From an uncultured Rickettsiales bacterium (GTDB taxonomy: Bacteria > Pseudomonadota > Alphaproteobacteria > Rickettsiales > JABCZZ01), in the NCBI GenBank assembly GCA_964454545.1, contig CAYVTI010000003.1:6676-70675 (forward strand): a DNA stretch of 64,000 bases. Direction: 5' to 3'. Made by a program: the position numbers and the translations under genes. Below the pieces are notes generated by a model. It did not search any database, had not been told where the DNA came from, and saw only the letters and a program-made list of their open reading frames with translations. Positions 7,700 to 14,491 of the stretch are shown in pieces. Each line of letters starts with the position of its first letter. The stretch's first letter is position 1.

Positions 7700-8947
7700 A
7701 TGTCACAAAACTCCCTTGTGCTGCCTACCACCGGGACGGTGAGCGGGCTGCAGATGACGCAGAACATCAACTATGCGCTTGACACGCTCAATACGCTCTG
7801 CTCGGGCGCTGCGGCTCCGGGCACGCCGGAAGCGGGGCAGTTCTGGCATGATACCACCAACAATATCCTCAAACTGCGCAGCCTTGATAATATGGCATGG
7901 ATTTCATTATTCAAACTTGATGAAGCCGGCTATCAGGCGCTTCTGTCAAATTCCTCTTACAATCAAGGCGGCTTCGTCAATAAATTCCACAACCCCATCC
8001 ATGATATAGCCCAGCGCGGTAATTCTGTAATTACCGTCACTACGTCGGGAGGATATGTCACAGATGGTTGGATTGTGACGCCAAGTGGCGCAAGCTGCAC
8101 GGCACAGCAGAGCGCATCCAACCCTCGCGCCGGCAGGTTGTCTACTTATTCCCTGCTGCTTACCGGCGCGACGGGTGTCACCGACATTGCGCTCAAGCAG
8201 CGCATCGAGAGCCTGATCGCGCAGCCGCTCGCAGGCCAGCAGGTCACCGTGCAGGCGCAGGTCTATAACAATACCGGATCATCGATTACGCCGACGCTTA
8301 CCGTGAAACGCCCGACCGCCACCGACAATTATACTTCGGTCACGGTTGATGTGAGCGCAGTGAACCTGCAGTCTTGTGCGAATGGCGCATGGACTTTAGT
8401 TTCCTACACTTTTGCATGTAACGCCGGAGCAGGGGCAGGGCTGGAAGTGACGATCGATTTCGGCAACAGTTTCAGCACTACCGGAAAAAGCGTGCAGGTC
8501 ACCGAACTGGATATAAGGGCAACGCCCGGCGTTGCGACAGGCCTTAACGGCACGCCGCCGGTGCCGGAAATACGCCCGATCCATGCCGAACTTGCATTCT
8601 GCCAGCGGTATTTCTTCTCGACGTTTCCTCCCGGCGTTGCGCCCGCCCAGAATGCGGGCAGCACCGGTTGCTGGAACTTCAACCAGATATATTCCAACAA
8701 CGCCAACAACCAGAGCACAGGGGACTTGCGCTTTGCTACCCAGATGCGGGCGGCGCCGACGGTGATCACCTATAACCCGTCCAATGCCAACGCGCAGCCG
8801 AGGAATTTCACGCGCGGGACGGATTGCACCGGCGCGGCGCTGGGGCAGTCTTCCGTCAACACCGTTACCTTCACCTATACGACGGCTTCCACATCCTCCG
8901 TAGGAGACGCCAACGGGTTACATATCACAGCAACAGCGGAGTTATAA
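7700..8947 (+). CDS. Phage tail fibre protein
   Basis: 415 aa with AAGGAA SD. N-terminus MSQNSLVLPTTGTVSGLQMTQNINYALDTLNTL and the internal AELAFCQRYFF motif are common in alphaproteobacterial phage fibre proteins. Confidence 0.6.
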   Translation: MSQNSLVLPTTGTVSGLQMTQNINYALDTLNTLCSGAAAPGTPEAGQFWHDTTNNILKLRSLDNMAWISLFKLDEAGYQALLSNSSYNQGGFVNKFHNPIHDIAQRGNSVITVTTSGGYVTDGWIVTPSGASCTAQQSASNPRAGRLSTYSLLLTGATGVTDIALKQRIESLIAQPLAGQQVTVQAQVYNNTGSSITPTLTVKRPTATDNYTSVTVDVSAVNLQSCANGAWTLVSYTFACNAGAGAGLEVTIDFGNSFSTTGKSVQVTELDIRATPGVATGLNGTPPVPEIRPIHAELAFCQRYFFSTFPPGVAPAQNAGSTGCWNFNQIYSNNANNQSTGDLRFATQMRAAPTVITYNPSNANAQPRNFTRGTDCTGAALGQSSVNTVTFTYTTASTSSVGDANGLHITATAEL

Positions 8948-8948
8948 G

Positions 8949-9110
8949 ATGTACCAGCAGATTCCCGATATCAGCGGCCATGCCCGCATCGATATGATTC
9001 AGCGCGCATCGGACGGAGCATTCATACCTTTTGATTCATCCAACAAGGATTACCAGGCATATCAGGAGTGGCGCGAAAAAGGAAACAGCCCGTTGCCGCT
9101 CAATCCATAG
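8949..9110 (+). CDS. Small fibre-associated protein (53 aa), possible fibre assembly factor
   Basis: Not in the ORF track because it is under 60 aa. ATG at 8949 lies 1 nt after the fibre stop. Peptide MYQQIPDISGHARIDMIQRASDGAFIPFDSSNKDYQAYQEWREKGNSPLPLNP. Position and the DYQAYQEW..GN.P motif resemble small genes that follow fibre genes. Confidence 0.4.
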   Translation: MYQQIPDISGHARIDMIQRASDGAFIPFDSSNKDYQAYQEWREKGNSPLPLNP

Positions 9111-9121
9111 CGGCGGAACCT

Positions 9122-9403
9122 ATGTCATATGACCAGGATATCAAGATAGCCGTCATGCAGAGCCAGATCGAAGGCCTGCGCGAACAGCACAGGTCGCATA
9201 AGGAGGAGATAACTAAATCTCTGAACCATCTTGCGGACAAGGTATTTCAGTCGATAGAGGGCATCCGCGGGGACATCAAGGACATATACGAATTCATCAA
9301 CCGCAGCCGGGGCAGCATCGCCGCGCTTCTACTCTGTTCAAGCGCGCTTGGGGGCGTTGTCGTAGCGGTCGTGTCATGGACGCTTGCGCGCTTCCTGAAA
9401 TAA
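9122..9403 (+). CDS. Holin-like small membrane protein (93 aa, coiled-coil N-terminus, single C-terminal TM)
   Basis: ATG at 9122 (ORF opens at 9068). C-terminal TM segment IAALLLCSSALGGVVVAVVSWTLA followed by RFLK. It sits upstream of the hydrolase and endolysin genes. Confidence 0.4.
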   Translation: MSYDQDIKIAVMQSQIEGLREQHRSHKEEITKSLNHLADKVFQSIEGIRGDIKDIYEFINRSRGSIAALLLCSSALGGVVVAVVSWTLARFLK

Positions 9404-9429
9404 TAATATGTACGCGCATGGAAAACTTC

Positions 9430-9459
9430 TTGCAAAATTACCGCTAACCGCCTTATAGG
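9430..9459 (+). promoter_or_regulatory. Possible sigma70-type promoter for the PelA-hydrolase-like gene
   Basis: TTGCAA (9430-9435), a 17-18 nt spacer, then TTATAG/TATAGG (9453-9459), about 30 nt upstream of ATG 9487. Confidence 0.2.
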
Positions 9460-9486
9460 GATACCCTTTACCCTCAAGGAAGCGTT

Positions 9487-10320
9487 ATGCTGCGGTATAT
9501 GATTTTACTGTGCGTCGTCCTCTGCATCGTTACCATTTGCCTCCTGTTTAACCGGCAGGAGAAGTGGGCAGCCTATTACGGCCATGACGTACCCTATGCC
9601 GAGCTTGAGGATTTCAACGTCCTGGTGTTCGACAGCGACAACCATCCGCCGCTTGCGCCGCTCAAGGCTGCGCGCAAGACCGTGCTGGGTTATATCAGCC
9701 TCGGCGAAGCCGATCCGGCCAGGGATTATTATTCCGTCCTCGCGCAGGAGGATCTCCTGCTGTCCGGAGATCCGGCATCCAACGGGCAGACAGTTATCGA
9801 TGTGCGCAATCCCAAGTGGGGCGATTATGTCATAAGAGTCCTCGTGCCCAAGATCATGGCGCAGGGGTTTGACGGCATTATGATCGATACGGTGGACAGC
9901 ATCATCCAGACGGAAGTGAGCGCGCCGCGCCGCTATGCTGGCATGCAGAAGGCCGCGGCGCGGATAATAAAAGATATCCGCATGCATTATCCTAACCTCA
10001 AAATTATGGTTAACCGAGGATTTGCTATCCTTCCCATGGTGGCGGGCGATATAGACATGGTGCTGGCGGAAAGCACTTACAGCACTGTCTCGCCGGATAC
10101 GAAACAGCATATGTTGCGTCCGCAGGAAGAATACAAGAATATCGTCAGGCTGCTTAATAACGTGAAAAGGCAGTCGGCATCGCTGAAAATATACACGCTC
10201 GATTACTGGCCTCAGGAGGACGGGGAGAACGTCAAACGTATCTATGCCGCGCAGCGCGGCGAGGGGTTTATTCCCTACGTGTCAACGCAGGATCTGCAAT
10301 CTCTCTATCACGAGCCATAA
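9487..10320 (+). CDS. Stand-alone PelA-hydrolase-type glycoside hydrolase (GH114/GH166-like TIM barrel) with an N-terminal membrane anchor
   Basis: 277 aa with AAGGAAG SD. Anchor MLRYMILLCVVLCIVTICLLF. Motifs VLGYISLGE, DGIMIDTVDS, KIMVNRGF, YTLDYWP and GFIPYVSTQDL match, from memory, the FAYLSVGE / LFLDTLDS / FFNRGFE / VAIDYLPP / GYVPFVSTPALD series of the Pseudomonas PelA hydrolase domain. Confidence 0.75.
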   Translation: MLRYMILLCVVLCIVTICLLFNRQEKWAAYYGHDVPYAELEDFNVLVFDSDNHPPLAPLKAARKTVLGYISLGEADPARDYYSVLAQEDLLLSGDPASNGQTVIDVRNPKWGDYVIRVLVPKIMAQGFDGIMIDTVDSIIQTEVSAPRRYAGMQKAAARIIKDIRMHYPNLKIMVNRGFAILPMVAGDIDMVLAESTYSTVSPDTKQHMLRPQEEYKNIVRLLNNVKRQSASLKIYTLDYWPQEDGENVKRIYAAQRGEGFIPYVSTQDLQSLYHEP

Positions 10321-10383
10321 AGAATTATACGACTTTATGTTGTGGGGCCGTCGCATGGAACTCCTCCACCTATCCACCTTGCC

Positions 10384-10836
10384 ATGTATCATTTTATGCT
10401 TTCTCTAAATTCCGCAGGGCTTGCGCTGATCAAGTCTTTTGAAAGCTTCCGCGCGCGGCCTTATCAGGATAGCGGCGGGGTATGGACCATAGGTTACGGG
10501 CACACGCAGGATGTTACTCCTGAAAGCCCGCCGGTTATGGAAGAGGAGGCGGAAGAGTTCCTGCGCGAGGATCTGGCGGATGCGCAGGATGCAGTCGGGC
10601 GGCTCGTGCATGTTCCCTTGAACGACGACCAGTATTCCGCGCTGGTTTCGCTAGTCTATAACACAGGCCCGGCGCCGCTCACCCATACGCTAGGTGCCTT
10701 GCTGAATGAGGGACATTACGATGCTGCGGCGGATGAGTTTCTCAGGTGGAACCATGCGGATGGCGAAGCAAGCGAAGGGCTTACGAGGAGACGGAAGGTG
10801 GAAAGAGAATTATTTTTAAGCAGTGGCAAGAGCTGA
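10384..10836 (+). CDS. Phage endolysin, GH24 lysozyme
   Basis: LSLNSAGLALIKSFESFRARPYQDSGGVWTIGYGHT with the catalytic Glu context. The start is uncertain (GTG 10342, ATG 10384 or ATG 10396). Confidence 0.85.
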   Translation: MYHFMLSLNSAGLALIKSFESFRARPYQDSGGVWTIGYGHTQDVTPESPPVMEEEAEEFLREDLADAQDAVGRLVHVPLNDDQYSALVSLVYNTGPAPLTHTLGALLNEGHYDAAADEFLRWNHADGEASEGLTRRRKVERELFLSSGKS

Positions 10837-10884
10837 GTGACCAGAGTTGAGTGCCGCTTACTCAACTCTCAACTCTGGCCACTC
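10835..10884 (+). promoter_or_regulatory. Long imperfect hairpin, copy 2 of the conserved intercistronic element
   Basis: GAGTGACCAGAGTTGAG (10835-10851) pairs with CTCAACTCTGGCCACTC (10868-10884). It contains TACTCAACTCTCAACTCT (10859-10876), 17/18 identical to 2425-2442. Confidence 0.5.
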
Positions 10885-10903
10885 ACCACTAAAAGGATCC
10901 ACT

Positions 10904-11383
10904 ATGACCGAAGAAACACAAACAGCGCCTTCGCTTATCTACGATGTCGTGTGTACAGATGCAGAAGGCCGGGAAAAATGGCGCGAGCGCGTGCATAACC
11001 TTGTTACGGCTGTCGGAAAAACCGATATCATCGATAAATATTTCAAAGGCTCTGCCTATACGGCGGCATGGTATCTTGGGCTGAAAGCCAGCGGTACGGC
11101 AGTCTCCGGCGATACGCTTGCCTCGCACAGCGGCTGGAGCGAAATCACGCCTTATTCCGGCAATCGTCCCGCCATCACTTTCGGCGCCAGCTCCGGCGGA
11201 AGCAATACCGCGAACGCGGTGGGCATTTCCATCAACGCGACCGCGACCATTTCCGGCGCGTTCATCGCAAACGCGAACAGCGGCACCAGCGGGATTTTAT
11301 ACAGCGCAAGCGATTTCAGCGTGGCGCGCACTGTTGCAAGCGGCGACACACTCTCCGTCACGCCGACGGTTTCGGTGTCTTAA
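10904..11383 (+). CDS. Phage hypothetical protein (159 aa), probably structural
   Basis: ATG at 10904 with AAAGGA SD (ORF opens at 10847). Gly/Ser/Thr/Ala-rich beta-type sequence (..GWSEITPYSGNRPAITFGASSGG..GDTLSVTPTVSVS). No family named. Confidence 0.5.
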   Translation: MTEETQTAPSLIYDVVCTDAEGREKWRERVHNLVTAVGKTDIIDKYFKGSAYTAAWYLGLKASGTAVSGDTLASHSGWSEITPYSGNRPAITFGASSGGSNTANAVGISINATATISGAFIANANSGTSGILYSASDFSVARTVASGDTLSVTPTVSVS

Positions 11384-11456
11384 GGAAATATTAAGATTTG
11401 ACTACAAGCCTATTCCCAAGTTGCCGGATTTCCGATTTTCCGGTATTATCAGCCGG

Positions 11457-12386
11457 ATGAAGCAGGCTGAATCGAATGAGGCGCGTAAGGAAAGGCTGTT
11501 GCATACGCTCTATGCCCTGCGGGGGCATTTCCGGGAGAGCGCCCCTGCGGATCCGGAGGATCTGACGCTCGGCCAGAAGGATGCGGAAGGGGTGATACTC
11601 CATTGCATTGATTCGCGCCTTAACGAGCGCAAGGATTTACATCTCGCCCGCGGGGAGTATTTCCAGACGGCGTCCGCAGGCGCGGCCGTGCCGCCTTATG
11701 ACGGGCAACGGGTGAGTCTTGAGCACCAGGTGGATCTGGGCTATCCGGCGCTGCATTTTCCCAAGGTGCGCAACATCGTCATCATGGGGCATACGCATTG
11801 CGGCGCGAACAAGGCGCTTTACGACGCGCTGCTCGGCGACGCGAAGCCTTCTGACGGTTTTGAAGCGGGCTGGATGCTGCCGGTTGCGCCGGAAGGGTTG
11901 AGCGCGGCGCTCAAGAAAGCAAAAAGCGCGGGCGTGGATGAGCAGGAGCAGTTGCGTATCGTGGAGCAGCTCAGCGTCCTGCAGTCCATGAAACATTTAT
12001 ATGATTACTATTTCAACGATAAGTCCGTGCGTGACAATGTCGGCAACGGCAGCCTGCATGTGATAGGCGCGATCCGGGATATCCATGCGGATGCGGAAGG
12101 CAAATTCCCGCTGTTGGTCTATGATTCAGGCAGGAATGCATTCCGCAAAATCGAGGAGCTTTATGATGAGGTTTTTCCGGATACAGGCAAACGAACGGCA
12201 GAAAATATAGAAAACGCAGCGAAGCCTTTGCTTGAGCAGCAGAAAAAGATGCTTGTGCCTGCGGCGCACATGGTGGTGCAGAAAGGCGCGGAGAGCAGCA
12301 CGGTGGCGGAGATGGAAATCAGCCAGATTCAGGATGGCGTCAGAAAGCTGCTGGATAAGGTGAATAAGGCGGGAGTATCACGATGA
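11457..12386 (+). CDS. Beta-class carbonic anhydrase-like protein with a long C-terminal extension
   Basis: 309 aa from ATG 11457. The 422-aa ORF opening at 11118 overlaps the previous gene. Zinc-ligand motifs CIDSR and GHTHCGA are present, with beta-CA-like blocks ARGEYFQTASAGAAV and GSLHVIGAIRDI. There is an extra tail of about 90 aa. Confidence 0.7.
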   Translation: MKQAESNEARKERLLHTLYALRGHFRESAPADPEDLTLGQKDAEGVILHCIDSRLNERKDLHLARGEYFQTASAGAAVPPYDGQRVSLEHQVDLGYPALHFPKVRNIVIMGHTHCGANKALYDALLGDAKPSDGFEAGWMLPVAPEGLSAALKKAKSAGVDEQEQLRIVEQLSVLQSMKHLYDYYFNDKSVRDNVGNGSLHVIGAIRDIHADAEGKFPLLVYDSGRNAFRKIEELYDEVFPDTGKRTAENIENAAKPLLEQQKKMLVPAAHMVVQKGAESSTVAEMEISQIQDGVRKLLDKVNKAGVSR

Positions 12387-12625
12387 AGGAAGCGCTCGAT
12401 AAAAATAAGTACGTGCTGGAACGCGTAACCGGAAAAGATGTAAACGGGAAACCAGTATTTGCTTACGTGCTCCTGCGTAAAAAACGCCTGGCGGATTTTC
12501 GCAGGGAGATGGGCAGGCGCGATGTTGACCTCGCTGAGTTCGGCGTCATTGTCGCCTATGGCAGCGGTACGAATCCACCTGCCGATTTCGAACAGCATGT
12601 TCTGGAGGCTGTAAGAAAGCTGTAA
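12383..12625 (+). CDS. 80-aa hypothetical protein, paralogue of 18120-18362
   Basis: ATGA overlap with the upstream gene (12383-12386). Shares GKD..GKP...YVL..K..L..F....D..E.G.....G.G.NPP with the other copy. Confidence 0.55.
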   Translation: MKEALDKNKYVLERVTGKDVNGKPVFAYVLLRKKRLADFRREMGRRDVDLAEFGVIVAYGSGTNPPADFEQHVLEAVRKL

Positions 12626-12636
12626 ATTCGCTTTTT

Positions 12637-13206
12637 CTATCTCTGCGGGATATTGTCCACCATCTTCTGCAGCCTGGCGACCCGCTCCTGGTAGGTAAGT
12701 TTCCTGCGTTCTGCGCTTTCTTCCGGTTTCAGGCCATGCCTTTCCAGAATGCGGGCGAAGGTTTTATTGTCGAATATCATCTTAAGTTCATCACTGTGTT
12801 CCTCGGCAACCGCCGTGTATTTGCTGAGGGCGTAAGCCACAGGAATCACCATAGAGGATGCAGCCGTTATATCTTTCTGCACATCCGGGGAAACATCACC
12901 CTGCTGCAGCATTCGGCTGAAGGGCGAAGCGGCGGATTGAAGCTTTAGCGAATCCAGGGAGATCTGGTTGAGGTCCGGTAGCCTGACAGGGTCGATGCCG
13001 TTTTCTCCCTGAGAAAGCGCCACATGCAGCTTTTCAAGTCCCGGAACGCTGATGTTATGGCCGCGCGCCATATCCAGTATTCTGCCCAGTCTTTCCGCAG
13101 ACACTCTCAGCGCTTCCTCGCTGGTGGTTACGGTGGCATCGCTTCCCTGATAATGATCGAGCAGGGATTTCGCCAGAATGTCACGAAACGCTACAGCATC
13201 GGCCAT
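12637..13206 (-). CDS. Hypothetical protein (189 aa), N-terminus MADAV
   Basis: ATG with GAGGAA SD and an uninterrupted ORF. No family recognised. Convergent with the 80-aa gene. Confidence 0.5.
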   Translation of the reverse strand: MADAVAFRDILAKSLLDHYQGSDATVTTSEEALRVSAERLGRILDMARGHNISVPGLEKLHVALSQGENGIDPVRLPDLNQISLDSLKLQSAASPFSRMLQQGDVSPDVQKDITAASSMVIPVAYALSKYTAVAEEHSDELKMIFDNKTFARILERHGLKPEESAERRKLTYQERVARLQKMVDNIPQR

Positions 13207-13331
13207 ATAAAAGTTCCTCAGGACGGAATCATTTTAGCATAGTGACGGCAAAAGGCATGTTAAAAGTTTATGACACCATTCCTTAATGTGTGGAGCCGCG
13301 AAATTTCCAGGTAAAAAGATACTTGCTATCG

Positions 13332-13922
13332 TTAGCGGGACTTCCCTGTTATTCTTAATGACTGTTTGCCTGTGTCTCCCGGCAACGGTATTTCAGGCAG
13401 TTGAGCAGAAGGTGGAGACCTCCCTGCATTTATGTTTGCCTCATACTCACGGACAGCGCTCTCTATAGGAGGAGGTTTCCTTTCCGGAGCAGAATTGTTT
13501 GTCAATTGCATCAAAAGAGACGAAGTTCTTACCAATTCTGGATCTCTGATGATGGGGGAAGATTTTGATTTTATAAGAGAAGAAGCAAATTTATGAATTG
13601 CTTCTGCTTCTTTTGCGAGCGTTTCATTAGAAGGGATTTTATCAACAGATATTTCCTGTTCTTTCTCTACTGTGGCGCTAGGTAATGCAGCGCTAAGCAA
13701 TGCATGGAGTTTTCTCAAATCAGGTACATCGGGTGGTACATCGGCTTCGTTGTATACCTCATCTCTTCTTGGGTATGCTTCATCTATTCTTTTAAGTACC
13801 TCTCCTAATATTGAGGAAGTGAATTTCAGGGGGGCGTCTGGTTTGGGATTTCCAGACGTTAGGTAAAATACGGCCAGCCGCCTGCGCAGTATCGAATTAA
13901 AGTCTTCCATTCTGTTAGCCAT
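13332..13922 (-). CDS. Hypothetical protein (196 aa), Pro/Ser-rich, in an AT-rich region
   Basis: ORF 13332-14015. ATG 13922 (MANRMEDFN..) is preferred because GAGAG lies 8 nt upstream. No family recognised. Confidence 0.4.
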   Translation of the reverse strand: MANRMEDFNSILRRRLAVFYLTSGNPKPDAPLKFTSSILGEVLKRIDEAYPRRDEVYNEADVPPDVPDLRKLHALLSAALPSATVEKEQEISVDKIPSNETLAKEAEAIHKFASSLIKSKSSPIIRDPELVRTSSLLMQLTNNSAPERKPPPIESAVREYEANINAGRSPPSAQLPEIPLPGDTGKQSLRITGKSR

Positions 13923-14059
13923 AAAATTGCTCTCAAGTACTCTCAAGCGAATTATCTGAAACGATTTTACCATGATAATGGTAAAGGAAATATTAAGAAT
14001 TTTGTTAAATTTCAAACTGAGACACTACCAGCCAAATCATAAGCTTGACCTAACCTTCG

Positions 14060-14386
14060 AATTTTACTATAACTTCCCCCGCAGGCGCGAAGCGTCTGTG
14101 GGAAGTTCGAAGCTCTCATCTGTGTGTCGTTAGCGGTTTGTGTACCGTTATTCTCACTCCCTTGCCCATGCTGGGCGGGGAGGGATCAGTTATACAACAG
14201 GCTTCGGCCGAAGGCTGATTCCAACCTTTCTAGCGACAGGTTGCTTCGAACTCTCCCGCTCACCCAGCAGCAATGCTGGCTTATGGCAGGGGAGACCGTA
14301 ATGCATGTCCAGAGGCGCTGCAATCGCCTTAAAGATTACGGTAGAACCTCAAATGTTCAGATGGCTCCCCTGCCGCTTTTCATTTG
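14060..14386 (+). ncRNA. Candidate structured RNA element, copy A
   Basis: Nested hairpin 14071-14107 (AACTTCCC..CAGGCGC-GAA-GCGTCTG..GGGAAGTT). Core TATACAACAGGCTTCGG at 14191-14207. Hairpin CCAGCA-GCAA-TGCTGG at 14264-14279. Perfect 10-bp outer stem GGCAGGGGAG / CTCCCCTGCC (14285-14294 / 14365-14374) enclosing ACCGTAAT / ATTACGGT and AGGCG / CGCCT stems, followed by GCTTTTCATTT. Confidence 0.4.
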
Positions 14387-14491
14387 CCAGTCCACTTGTC
14401 ATGCCCGCGCAGGCGCATCTTAACATACTAAAGAGCTAAAATTCCCGCTTTCGCAGGAATGACAATTATTACCCGGATATCAGAATATCAT

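Noticed and set aside
11118-11456. N-terminal 113 codons of the 422-aa ORF 11118-12386, which would extend the carbonic-anhydrase-like protein.
   Set aside because: This part overlaps the 3' half of the preceding phage gene in another frame and is Pro/Arg/Ala-rich nonsense. The CA homology starts after the internal ATG at 11457.
14071-14111. Possible tRNA or tmRNA fragment, which would mark a phage attachment site, suggested by GTTCGAA (14105-14111) next to a stem.
   Set aside because: The flanking bases do not form a 5-bp T-arm. No acceptor stem, anticodon arm or CCA context could be built, and no tag-peptide reading frame was found. No tRNA, rRNA or CRISPR array was recognised anywhere in the window.
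14124-14423. 99-aa ORF (+) covering the structured element A.
   Set aside because: The translation is Cys/Arg/Leu-rich with no protein-like features. The homologous copy at 5831-5955 does not keep an ORF, and the substitutions between copies preserve base pairing rather than codons.
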